64,000 nt of DNA from a virus (Duplodnaviria; Caudoviricetes), in the IMG/VR virus record IMGVR_UViG_3300032270_000543, positions 85,887 to 149,886 of that record. The stretch is one strand, 5' to 3'. The notes under the pieces are model-generated. The model searched no databases, had not been told where the DNA came from, and worked only from the letters and a program-made list of their open reading frames with translations. The position numbers were made by a program, and so were the translations under genes. Shown one piece after another: positions 54,212-63,241 of the stretch (the first letter of the stretch is position 1; every line of letters starts with the position of its first letter).

Positions 54212-55765
54212 TCAGAACGATCCGCCGTCTATTGCAGTGACCGATGCACTCAAGCCACTTACCGTAAAGTTTGCAGGATCGAATTTTGCAAGTCCCTTCA
54301 CGGTTGTGCTTGCATTTTGAATAGTCATTATCAGGGTTCCTGTTCCAGTTGATTCGCTTGAAACGCTTACTGCGTCAGCATCACGAATCAGTAGTTGCTT
54401 GTATTCAGGAGCAGTACCTGCACCAGTAGACGACAGCAAGCGTCCTGCGGTAGAGGCTCCAAGCACTGTGAGAGAACTTGTGCCGTTTGCGTACAGTACA
54501 TCACCGATGGTATACGATGTTCGTCCTGTACCACCGTAAGTAGCACCAACAGCGGTGGCTTGCCATACACCTGTAGCGATGGTTCCCACCGATGTCAGGC
54601 TTGAAGACACAACGCTGCTGCCGAGTGCGGTGGCAGTCAGTACGCTTGCTCCACTGATGCCGTATCCGTAACCTGTTGCAACATTTACGCCCTGATTGCT
54701 TTCCCAAGACGAGCGGGTGTTGCTCCATGTCCATGTACGAGCAGCGGTTCCCGACAGACTCAAACCACCGCCGTCTGCAAGGGTATCGCTTGCAAGGGTG
54801 CGACCCATTGTGATGGTCTTGTCGTCAATGTTCAGGTCAGTGCGGTTCACGGTGGTGACCGTTCCGCTCACGAAGAAGTTGCCGTTTACGGTTAGGGTTG
54901 CACCGACAGTCACATCACCTGTAGTACGGGCTGTTCCGCTGACATCAAGAGTAGAAGCGGTCAATCCTCCGTTTGCTGTGACTGCTCCTGTTGATGTGAT
55001 GGTAGAAGCGAATCGTGCAGCACCTGCGTGATCGGTGGTAGACTCGAATGTAGCACCGCCCACCACATCAAGTACGCTGGCAGCATCAAGGCGACCCGAC
55101 ACGGTTACACCAGAGGCAAATCGCGCAACACCACTGTGGTCTGTTATTGCCAGTGTGGTGCCAGCAACAACAGTAAGAACATCGCTTGCTGCATCGCCAA
55201 CCGTGACATTTCCATTGAACTTGGCGTTGCCTGTGACATCAAGACTGCTACCAACGGTCATTCCGCCAGTAACGGTCATTACATCTGCCGCAGCGTCGCC
55301 AAAGTTTACATTTCCGTTGAACTTGGCGTTGCCTGTGACATCAATGGTGGAGGCAAAGGTTACGCCACTGTTGAATGTCTGTACCGCCGTGAATGTATTG
55401 GCTTGTGCAGCAGATACACCGTAGCCTGTAATGGTGATGCTGCTGCCAGCAGCAGTGACTCCAATATTGGTTCCGCCACTGATTGTAACCGCACCAGTCA
55501 GGCTGTTCAGCGAGGAAACACCTGTTGCGGTGTTTGTCACATAGTCCTTGACCGCAGCCATTGTGGGAACCTGATAGGTGATTCCCGCCGCGATGCCGCC
55601 AGATGCACCACAGATACCCGCACCTACCCATGCAGCAGTGACACCCGTACCCTTACCGATGAAGAAGGTGTTCAGCGTGGTATTGAAAGCGGGTTCACCA
55701 AGGGTCAGACCCGATGCCTGTGTGGGGTCTGCTGTGCCTCTACGGAATGTAATTGTGGTTGCCAT
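54212..55765 (-). CDS. tail-fibre protein
   Basis: ITFRRG...LTLGEPAF N-domain; beta-repeats; C-terminus IDGGSF; terminator at ~54167-54192. Confidence 0.85.
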   Translation of the reverse strand: MATTITFRRGTADPTQASGLTLGEPAFNTTLNTFFIGKGTGVTAAWVGAGICGASGGIAAGITYQVPTMAAVKDYVTNTATGVSSLNSLTGAVTISGGTNIGVTAAGSSITITGYGVSAAQANTFTAVQTFNSGVTFASTIDVTGNAKFNGNVNFGDAAADVMTVTGGMTVGSSLDVTGNAKFNGNVTVGDAASDVLTVVAGTTLAITDHSGVARFASGVTVSGRLDAASVLDVVGGATFESTTDHAGAARFASTITSTGAVTANGGLTASTLDVSGTARTTGDVTVGATLTVNGNFFVSGTVTTVNRTDLNIDDKTITMGRTLASDTLADGGGLSLSGTAARTWTWSNTRSSWESNQGVNVATGYGYGISGASVLTATALGSSVVSSSLTSVGTIATGVWQATAVGATYGGTGRTSYTIGDVLYANGTSSLTVLGASTAGRLLSSTGAGTAPEYKQLLIRDADAVSVSSESTGTGTLIMTIQNASTTVKGLAKFDPANFTVSGLSASVTAIDGGSF

Positions 55766-55835
55766 GTTAGTCTAGCCCTTTTAAATTATTCCCAATACTT
55801 AGAAACAGTCTGTCATTTACTATGTATATCAACAG

Positions 55836-57482
55836 TTACGAGAACGATCCACCGTCTATTATTGTGATGGAGGATTGAATATACGGCATTTGATCTGTTA
55901 TAGAAACATACCCCTCAACTCCTCCACCACTAGTCATCAAAAACGAGTTGATTGATGACGGAGCAATCGGATCAGTACTTGCTTTTGGAGAAATGAGTTG
56001 ATAAACAGGCAAAATCCACTTGTCGTAGAAACTTTGCTGTGTTGCCAAATACATGGTTTGGGCAACACCACCGCTCTGCTTGACCTGAAACAGCATCAGG
56101 TCTGTACCTGCCAAATTAGCCGCAGTCCGTGTTTCGAATGTCTGTCCTGAATTGGTGTAGTTTACGCCTAAAGATATTCCATTGTTGCTGATGGAATATG
56201 TGATTCCCTGTGCTGCGCGTAAAGCAACTTCTCCACTCAATCCGTTTAGTGTTGATACACCACCGCTGTTGCCGCCGCCCCCACCCGTGTTGGTAAAGTT
56301 AACGGTGACCTTGCCGCCCACCTTACTAGCCGTGACCCCTGCGCCTGTAAAGTCCAGTGTGCGAACATCAGGCGTGATCTTGGAGCCGTTGATGTACACA
56401 GCCACCTTGCCACCACCGCCAGTGGACGCAAGCCAGCCCATGTCTTGTGCGGAAACCTTTCCGCCGCCCATGATCTTTTTCAGGATTTTGTCTAACCGCT
56501 CTTCGTCAATGGAGATGGACTTCTCTTGCGGATCGTAGACGAGCGGGAACTTGGCTGTTACAACGCCAGACTCTCCAGCATCTCCTTTGTCGCCTTTATC
56601 CCCTTTCGCACCCTTTGTTCCAGTTTTGCCTGCTGTGCCTTGAGGACCAATTTCGCCCCGTTCACCCCTTTCACCGCGCTCACCATCAATGCCATCCCGA
56701 CCGTCAGCACCCGCAGCACCAGGCTCACCGCGCTCACCGCGTAATCCTTGCGGACCCCGTTCTCCAATGTCACCTTTTTCACCCTTCTCACCCCGTTCGC
56801 CTTGTATTCCTGCATTTCCCTGTTCCCCCTTATCACCTCGTTCACCGCGTTCGCCTTGTGGTCCAACCTCCCCACGCTCGCCCGTTTCTCCACGCTCACC
56901 TTGTGGTCCCCGTGGACCGATTTCTCCTGTATCACCCTTTTCACCACGCTCACCCGTTTCTCCACGCTCACCTTGTGGTCCTTGTAGTCCCACATCTCCA
57001 CGATCTCCCTGTACACCTGTATAACCGCGAGGACCACGATCTCCGCGTTCGCCGCTCTGCGGACGAATCACTGCCAGTTCCTTCAAGACATCAGCCAGTC
57101 CTTTGCGGAAAGCAGTAAATTCCGACTCGCTTAAGTAACGCGATGGCGGTGGAACAATCTTTATCTCTTCAAGGATGGGTTTTGGCTTCGGGTCTTGTAC
57201 CAACTCAAAAATAGAGTCGATCTGTGTGTCTCCCGCTTCAATCTTGAGGGGGCGACCACGGGGATCAATGAAACAGGTTTCCCCAATACCCCCTAGTTTC
57301 AAGATATTGGGATTGTGGCAATCATCCGATTCAATCAGCATGAACTGATCGCCCACAGAGTACGCGGAACCACGGATTTCGCGCACTAAACGAAATACGG
57401 AACCCGACTCAAACTGACCACTGGAAACAGCAGCAGTTCGGCGTGGCTCTGTGGGCTTGGGAGAATCGGAAAAGTGGGTCAT
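55836..57482 (-). CDS. collagen-like (Gly-X-Y) fibre protein
   Basis: long uninterrupted GER/GPQ/GEK triplet tract (~56570-57055); C-terminus IDGGSFS; CTAAATA at 57494-57488. Confidence 0.88.
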   Translation of the reverse strand: MTHFSDSPKPTEPRRTAAVSSGQFESGSVFRLVREIRGSAYSVGDQFMLIESDDCHNPNILKLGGIGETCFIDPRGRPLKIEAGDTQIDSIFELVQDPKPKPILEEIKIVPPPSRYLSESEFTAFRKGLADVLKELAVIRPQSGERGDRGPRGYTGVQGDRGDVGLQGPQGERGETGERGEKGDTGEIGPRGPQGERGETGERGEVGPQGERGERGDKGEQGNAGIQGERGEKGEKGDIGERGPQGLRGERGEPGAAGADGRDGIDGERGERGERGEIGPQGTAGKTGTKGAKGDKGDKGDAGESGVVTAKFPLVYDPQEKSISIDEERLDKILKKIMGGGKVSAQDMGWLASTGGGGKVAVYINGSKITPDVRTLDFTGAGVTASKVGGKVTVNFTNTGGGGGNSGGVSTLNGLSGEVALRAAQGITYSISNNGISLGVNYTNSGQTFETRTAANLAGTDLMLFQVKQSGGVAQTMYLATQQSFYDKWILPVYQLISPKASTDPIAPSSINSFLMTSGGGVEGYVSITDQMPYIQSSITIIDGGSFS

Positions 57483-57490
57483 CCCTGTAT

Positions 57491-58216
57491 TTAGGCTTCA
57501 GGGACGGGTGCTTTCACGGTCAAAGCCGCCCACGAATGGGGGAAAAGTGGCTCTATGATAAGTGAGATGGCTTCAGCGTATTGGCGGCATTCCCATTGGG
57601 CGTGGGGATCGCTGCGCTGTGCGAACACACGGGCAAACGCTGCAAGCGAACCCGTCCACCACCATTCGGTATATGTTCCCTGCGGCAGCACCGACCGCGC
57701 TTGTTCAGGAGCCACGCCCCGCTTCAGCAGTTCTTCGTAGGTCTGAAGCGCGTCCCGAACGCACATTTCGTAGTGGCGGTTCACGGTGTTGTAGTCATCG
57801 TCAATAGGCATGAAGTCTTCCGACCCTTGCTTCGCACCGTTCGTGGGCTTGCCGCGCCACCGTGGCATATAGACGCTTGGCGGATCGCTCACATAGCGGC
57901 GGCTCACCTCGTTCTCGGTAAAGCCCACCTTGTGCTTGAACAGTTGGGTGCGGATGAAGATGGGAGCCTTGATCCGCAGGGTAATCTGTGGATGCGCGAA
58001 CGGAGTCCAATGCTTGTGCTTGGCAAGATAGCCGATCAGTTTCTGATCGCGCTCTGCTAGTTTGTGTTGGCGTGAACCTGTCCAATGATGCTCACTATCC
58101 CAATCGCTGTCCTTGTTGAAGGAAACACGCGCAGAGTTGACCACCGTGAGATCGCTGCCCATGTGGTCAACATACTGCACGAAACCCTTGTCCAAAACCA
58201 CAACATTTTCAATCAT
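57491..58216 (-). CDS. thyX: FAD-dependent thymidylate synthase
   Basis: VNSARVSF, HWTPF, QLFKH...NEVSRRY, EQARSVLP, R...HAQWE. Confidence 0.95.
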   Translation of the reverse strand: MIENVVVLDKGFVQYVDHMGSDLTVVNSARVSFNKDSDWDSEHHWTGSRQHKLAERDQKLIGYLAKHKHWTPFAHPQITLRIKAPIFIRTQLFKHKVGFTENEVSRRYVSDPPSVYMPRWRGKPTNGAKQGSEDFMPIDDDYNTVNRHYEMCVRDALQTYEELLKRGVAPEQARSVLPQGTYTEWWWTGSLAAFARVFAQRSDPHAQWECRQYAEAISLIIEPLFPHSWAALTVKAPVPEA

Positions 58217-59205
58217 CGCATTCTCCATTGTGAAAACCGTGCAAGAGCCGTGAGTCCGCTGCAAGCACACTCGTCAATGATACGCTGAACTTCCTGCGGT
58301 GACCGTCCCGCAAGCACCATGTCGTTGATGTCCTTCTCGTCTACGCTGTCAGACCACACGCATACGGTGTATCCGCCACGAATGGCTTCTTCAACTTTGG
58401 AGACAATCTCCGCATTGCGAGGCTCGTTGTCGTAAACAACAACGCAATCACTGAAAAGCCGAGTAGCGTGGGCGAGTTCGCTGCCAGCAAGAGCAACAGC
58501 GTTGTCAAGAAACACAGAGTCGATTGGTCCTTCAACCGCATAAATCCTCTTGGAATAATCCAACCGATCTTCTCCGTAAATCGCTCGTCCGTCCTTGACA
58601 AACTTCACGGTGATGTATCGGATAGCGTTCTTGGAACCGCTCAAGCAGCGTCCTTGCGCCGCGACAAGTTCCCCCTTCTTGTTGACGAATGGGATGACGA
58701 TACGCTCGTCATTCGGAATGGTGGTGTATGTAGGGTCAATAGACCGTACCCAATCGCCAAAAGCATTTGAAAAATAGAAACGGTCGGGATGTGGGATCTT
58801 GCGGGACTCCACATACTGCCGTCCAATGTGGTCTTCAGGCAATGAAGTGATTTTTGGCAGGCGGATGTCAGCCCGTGGCAGAACCACTTCGGCTTCCACG
58901 GGTTTTACATAGTTACTCTTGCCGTTCTCGCCGTTGCGCCACCGCTCAAGCGCGTACTCCTGCGCGAGGGCAGGAGCCACGAACTGCAAGAAGCGGTACA
59001 TGGAGTGTCCCACACCGCAGTTGTGGCACTTGAAAAAGTAGTCGTTCTTCTTCGGAAAGAAAAATCCACGAGCCTTGGTCTTGTTCTTCTGTGAGTCGCC
59101 ACAAATGGGACAACGGCAGTTTGCAAGACTTGCGCCCTTCCACTTGAATCGCTCAAGTTGAGGCGACACAAGGTTTATGTATTTCTTGTCAATATAAGTG
59201 GACAT
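58213..59205 (-). CDS. DNA primase (T4 gp61-like)
   Basis: CPICGDS...CHNC zinc finger; EGPIDS; DNEPRN; KDIND. Confidence 0.95.
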   Translation of the reverse strand: MSTYIDKKYINLVSPQLERFKWKGASLANCRCPICGDSQKNKTKARGFFFPKKNDYFFKCHNCGVGHSMYRFLQFVAPALAQEYALERWRNGENGKSNYVKPVEAEVVLPRADIRLPKITSLPEDHIGRQYVESRKIPHPDRFYFSNAFGDWVRSIDPTYTTIPNDERIVIPFVNKKGELVAAQGRCLSGSKNAIRYITVKFVKDGRAIYGEDRLDYSKRIYAVEGPIDSVFLDNAVALAGSELAHATRLFSDCVVVYDNEPRNAEIVSKVEEAIRGGYTVCVWSDSVDEKDINDMVLAGRSPQEVQRIIDECACSGLTALARFSQWRMR

Positions 59206-60212
59206 TACGGCTTGTGCTGTTCTCGCTTGTAGTCAGAGTCGTACATCATCTTTGCAAGGGAGATCATATCATGCTGTGGCTCCCACTTCAAGACCCGCTT
59301 GGCTTTTTCAGGATTACCAAGCAAATACGGAACCTCATTCGGACGGAACAGGCGTGGATCTGTTTCCACATATTTGGTGTAGTCGCCAAGTCCTGCGTAA
59401 TCAAATACTACTTCCAAAAATTCACGAACCGAATGGGTGCGATTGGTGGCAATCACATAATCGTCAGGACGCTGCTGTTGCAACATGAGCCACATGGCTT
59501 CCACATAGTCTCCCGCAAATCCCCAATCGCGCTTGGCATCAAGATTGCCCAAGAACAACTTGTGCTGTTTTCCCTGTGCAATTCGTGCAGCAGCCATCGT
59601 GATCTTGCGAGTCACAAATGTCTCGCCACGGCGCGGGCTTTCGTGATTGAACAGAATCCCTGAACTGGCGTGTAGATTGTACGCTTGCCGATATACCCGC
59701 ACCATGTGATGAGCATGAAGTTTCGCTACTGCATACGGAGAAACAGGCATCATGCGGCTGCTTTCGGTGTATCCTGTATCACCGTGATCGGTTGAGTCTC
59801 CAAACATTTCGGATGACGAAGCCTGATAGAAACGAGTACCAGGTGCAACGGTACGAATGGCTTCAAGAATCTTCAGGGTTCCTTCAGCAATACCTTCACT
59901 TGTGTACTCAGGCAGTTCAAACGAAACACCCACATGGGACTGTGCTGCAAGATTGTATACTTCATCTGGCTTGTAGTAGTGAATAAGGCGGGTGATTGCG
60001 GATGCGTCCATGAGATCGTAATAGCACAACTTGAATTGTGAATTAGAAACCTCGTTGTTGTAAATATGATCCACGCGCTCGGTGTTGATGAGCGATGTAC
60101 GCCGCTTCAATCCAATCACATAGTAGCCCTTGGAAATCAGGAAGTCCGCAAGGTACGAACCGTCCTGACCGTTTACACCCGTAATGAGTGCCTTCTTGGG
60201 TAGTATGCTCAT
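59205..60212 (-). CDS. gmd: GDP-mannose 4,6-dehydratase
   Basis: ITGVNGQDGSYL, YNLAAQSHV, YQASSSE, SPYAVAK, FNHESPRRGETFVTRKI, RDWG. Confidence 0.95.
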   Translation of the reverse strand: MSILPKKALITGVNGQDGSYLADFLISKGYYVIGLKRRTSLINTERVDHIYNNEVSNSQFKLCYYDLMDASAITRLIHYYKPDEVYNLAAQSHVGVSFELPEYTSEGIAEGTLKILEAIRTVAPGTRFYQASSSEMFGDSTDHGDTGYTESSRMMPVSPYAVAKLHAHHMVRVYRQAYNLHASSGILFNHESPRRGETFVTRKITMAAARIAQGKQHKLFLGNLDAKRDWGFAGDYVEAMWLMLQQQRPDDYVIATNRTHSVREFLEVVFDYAGLGDYTKYVETDPRLFRPNEVPYLLGNPEKAKRVLKWEPQHDMISLAKMMYDSDYKREQHKP

Positions 60213-60213
60213 G

Positions 60214-61629
60214 TCAGATATTCCAATCGCTTGTGTCACGCTTTGAGCCGAACTTCGCGGTGAAGTCCTTCGCTCCGTATCCTGAACCAAACCCATCGTC
60301 CTTGCCCTTTTGGATGTTTGCGTCCATCAGGTCTTCGGACACGCTGCTGTCAATGTCGTAGAACTTCATCTTGGCGTAGTTCAGCCCCACGATGAACTTC
60401 TTGTTTGCAGCCTTGCCATTGTAACGGTTCTTCAACTGCTTTACCATGATCTGCCCTGCCTTTTCCAATTCTTCAGTTGTAATAAGGGCAATCATCAGAT
60501 CAGCGGTGTGTGGAAGCCCGAAAGATTCTGAAGTGTCTGTCAAGTCAACATCGGTGGACGAGAACCCTGCTCGGTTGACCTGAGTGGCAGACACAATAGG
60601 CACATCCCGTTCCATTGCCAAGCCTCGCAACTCTTCTGCTATAGCCTTGATGTAGCCATAGGAGTTGATGTTGTTGCCGTGCTTGAAACGCGCTGAAGAG
60701 CAGATATTGATGTAATCAATGAAAATAATGTCGGGAGTAAACTGCTTCTTCAGTCGTAACTCGTCCAAAAGGATACGGAAGTGATTGGCATTGGCGAATG
60801 AAGTAGGGTATTCCTTCACGATGAGTTTTCCCGAAACTCCCCGTGTGCAAGACTTCAATCGCTTTTCATACATTTCCAATGGCAAGTCCGCAAGTTCATC
60901 CATAGTAATGTCCATGATGTTTGCGTCAATCCGCTCGGCAATGCGTTCCTCTGCCATCTCAAGTGTGATGTACAGAACATTCTTGTTCTGCATGAGACAC
61001 GCAGCGGCATGATGGCACATGAACAGGCTTTTGCCTACACCTGTTCCTGCCATGATGATGTTCAGGGTCTTGGGAGAGATGCCGCCTTTGGTGATGGCAT
61101 TAAACATCTCCAAGTCAAACGGAACCTTCCGCTCAACCCTGTGATAAAATTCGTGACGAGCCTCGTAGTCCTCAAGGAAATCGTGTCCCACATTGGTGTC
61201 AAACGACACAGCCAATGCCTTGGACAGAATCTCAGGGAGGGCATGAGGAGTTCGTGCCTTGTCTTTGCCGTCAATGATCTGAATGGATTCAAGAATGGCA
61301 TTGTAGATGGCTTTGTCCTTGCAGAACTTTTCCGTGGTATCCAACATCCACTTGGTGTCCTGCTTGACTGTCTTGCCCATCTCACCAACAAGAGACTTGC
61401 ACTTGCTGAATTCGTCTTCAGTCAGGCTCTTGTTGTTTTCCAAGGCAATGAGCAGGGCTTCCTTGGTGGGAACGCCCTTGTACTCATTCACGAAATCCTG
61501 TAGTGAACGGAACACTGCACGATCAACCCGATCAAGGAAATACTCCTCCTGCAAGAACGGAATGGTCTTCTTGCAGAAATCGGAATCGTTCAGCAGTCCT
61601 GACAGGATTGTCTTTTCAGTTTGACTCAT
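60214..61629 (-). CDS. replicative DNA helicase (T4 gp41-like)
   Basis: AGTGVGKS, TLEMAEE, IDYINI, SATQ.NR, SESFGLP, KQLKNRY. Confidence 0.95.
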   Translation of the reverse strand: MSQTEKTILSGLLNDSDFCKKTIPFLQEEYFLDRVDRAVFRSLQDFVNEYKGVPTKEALLIALENNKSLTEDEFSKCKSLVGEMGKTVKQDTKWMLDTTEKFCKDKAIYNAILESIQIIDGKDKARTPHALPEILSKALAVSFDTNVGHDFLEDYEARHEFYHRVERKVPFDLEMFNAITKGGISPKTLNIIMAGTGVGKSLFMCHHAAACLMQNKNVLYITLEMAEERIAERIDANIMDITMDELADLPLEMYEKRLKSCTRGVSGKLIVKEYPTSFANANHFRILLDELRLKKQFTPDIIFIDYINICSSARFKHGNNINSYGYIKAIAEELRGLAMERDVPIVSATQVNRAGFSSTDVDLTDTSESFGLPHTADLMIALITTEELEKAGQIMVKQLKNRYNGKAANKKFIVGLNYAKMKFYDIDSSVSEDLMDANIQKGKDDGFGSGYGAKDFTAKFGSKRDTSDWNI

Positions 61630-62695
61630 TTAGTCCAAGTTCCTCATCAAGTTCAGCCAGACGATCCATTGCCTTATCTGCTTCGTCCTTGCCGTAGCAG
61701 AACTCCTTCTTGGCAGCAATGTCAATAGCCCGCAGGATGTCTTCGTTGTAGTACTTCTCGGGGTTCTTGTTGATCTGCGATTCAAACGCAGTCTTGCCGT
61801 TGGGCAACTGAATCTTTGTGGACACCTTGGTAAAGATACCGTACTTCAGGGCAATATCCAACAGTCCGTAGTACTTGTTTAGTCCTGTCTCAAAATTCAA
61901 CTGCACATCCACCATCTTGTCCTGCTTCGTCAGGCGGCTCTTGTGTGCCTTGCAGTGGATGATGTTGCCCACCACCTCGTTGTCCACCTTGTCCTTCTTC
62001 TTGGACAGGTAGATGATGGTGGACGCGGCATACTTCAGACCGCTACCGCCACCCATCTCCTTCATGGGCACATACGCACCCACCACATCGTAGGTGTGGT
62101 TCGTCATCAGCAGGGGAATCCGTGCATGACCCAACTTGATGGTAAGGACGCGGAACGCCGCCTTCGTGACCTGTGCGCGAGTCATGTCGCGGGTGTTCTT
62201 GCCCTCTGCGGTGTCGTTCATCTCCTTCTCGGTGGACAACATTCCAAGGGAATCAAGCACAATCATCATGCGGGGGCGAGTGTCCTTGTCTGCTTCAAGG
62301 TACTTGTCCACCGACAGCACACACTGGTGGCGGAACTCTTCAACTGTAGCCACAGGCAGCACAGCCACGCGGTCGGTGTCAATGCCACGATCCCGCAGTA
62401 GATCGGAAGTAATGGATTGCTCGGTATCAAAGTACATCACCATAGCGTTGTGATCGGAGTTCAGGAACTCGCGCACCACATTCAGGGCAAAGTAGGTCTT
62501 GCCCGTGGCTTGCTCACCCGCAAGGGCAATGATCTTGTTGTCAGGCATTCCTCCGTGGATGGAACCGCTCAACAGGGCGTTGAACGCATACGACCCCGTG
62601 GAGATGAATCCCTTTACATCGCTGCCTTCCAAGCCGTCAGAGGCTACGGTGGCGTACTTGTTTCCTGCTGCCTTCAGAATGTCCTTTAGTTTCAT
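61616..62695 (-). CDS. uvsX: UvsX RecA-like recombinase
   Basis: GEQATGKT, FDTE, LDSLG, DMTRA, TNHTY, GGGSG. Confidence 0.93.
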   Translation of the reverse strand: MKLKDILKAAGNKYATVASDGLEGSDVKGFISTGSYAFNALLSGSIHGGMPDNKIIALAGEQATGKTYFALNVVREFLNSDHNAMVMYFDTEQSITSDLLRDRGIDTDRVAVLPVATVEEFRHQCVLSVDKYLEADKDTRPRMMIVLDSLGMLSTEKEMNDTAEGKNTRDMTRAQVTKAAFRVLTIKLGHARIPLLMTNHTYDVVGAYVPMKEMGGGSGLKYAASTIIYLSKKKDKVDNEVVGNIIHCKAHKSRLTKQDKMVDVQLNFETGLNKYYGLLDIALKYGIFTKVSTKIQLPNGKTAFESQINKNPEKYYNEDILRAIDIAAKKEFCYGKDEADKAMDRLAELDEELGLNESN

Positions 62696-62868
62696 GCTTT
62701 CTCCAATTCTTTCATCTGTGCGTCAATGAGAGTCATCTCGGACTCGTTAGCCCGTATTGTATCCAACGGCGTAAGTTTGTCAACGATCATCTGTTGAGTT
62801 TCACGCCGCAGCAGGTCTTTTCTATTTGAGAGAAGACCTTTCAAGTATTCAAGATTTAGAGTACTCAT
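62692..62868 (-). CDS. small helical protein (58 aa)
   Basis: coupled at both ends (TGATG and ATGA). Confidence 0.6.
   Translation of the reverse strand: MSTLNLEYLKGLLSNRKDLLRRETQQMIVDKLTPLDTIRANESEMTLIDAQMKELEKA
62756..62783 (-). promoter_or_regulatory. sigma70-type promoter for uvsX-helicase-gmd-primase-thyX
   Basis: TTGACA-16nt-TACAAT inside the upstream ORF. Confidence 0.75.
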
Positions 62869-63194
62869 CAGGTGGTGAGTTTGAGTCCTGCGTGGGGGGC
62901 ATTGGCGGTGGGAACCACAAGCCCGTTGAACGCGCCGTTGAACTCGTTTGCAAGATCCGTAGCAGGATCAGCAGTGAACATGACATAGGACGCAGGCACA
63001 GTCACCTTGGTGTCCTTGACCGATGCCATCCACGGCACGACCGCAATATTTGCACCGCCGTTTTTGGTGGGCATGGGCACAACCATGCACGGATTCTTGA
63101 AGGTGTACGACACAATCTTGTCGCCTTCAAAATTCTCGGTGACGCTTGCAATAAGTTCTTCGCCAGTCTGAACCTTCACGATCTTTGTAGCCAT
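62868..63194 (-). CDS. Sm-like-fold conserved T4-like phage protein
   Basis: KIVKVQTGEELIA...KNP...PW...F.G motif; AAGGA SD. Confidence 0.75.
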   Translation of the reverse strand: MATKIVKVQTGEELIASVTENFEGDKIVSYTFKNPCMVVPMPTKNGGANIAVVPWMASVKDTKVTVPASYVMFTADPATDLANEFNGAFNGLVVPTANAPHAGLKLTT

Positions 63195-63241
63195 TACGAA
63201 TCCTTTTGTTAGGGGGTTAGATACTGTATGTAGGGAGGCGG

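Noticed and set aside
56570-57055. Tandem DNA repeats and overlapping Pro/Ser-rich + strand ORFs
   Set aside because: Fully explained by the collagen Gly-X-Y coding tract on the - strand.
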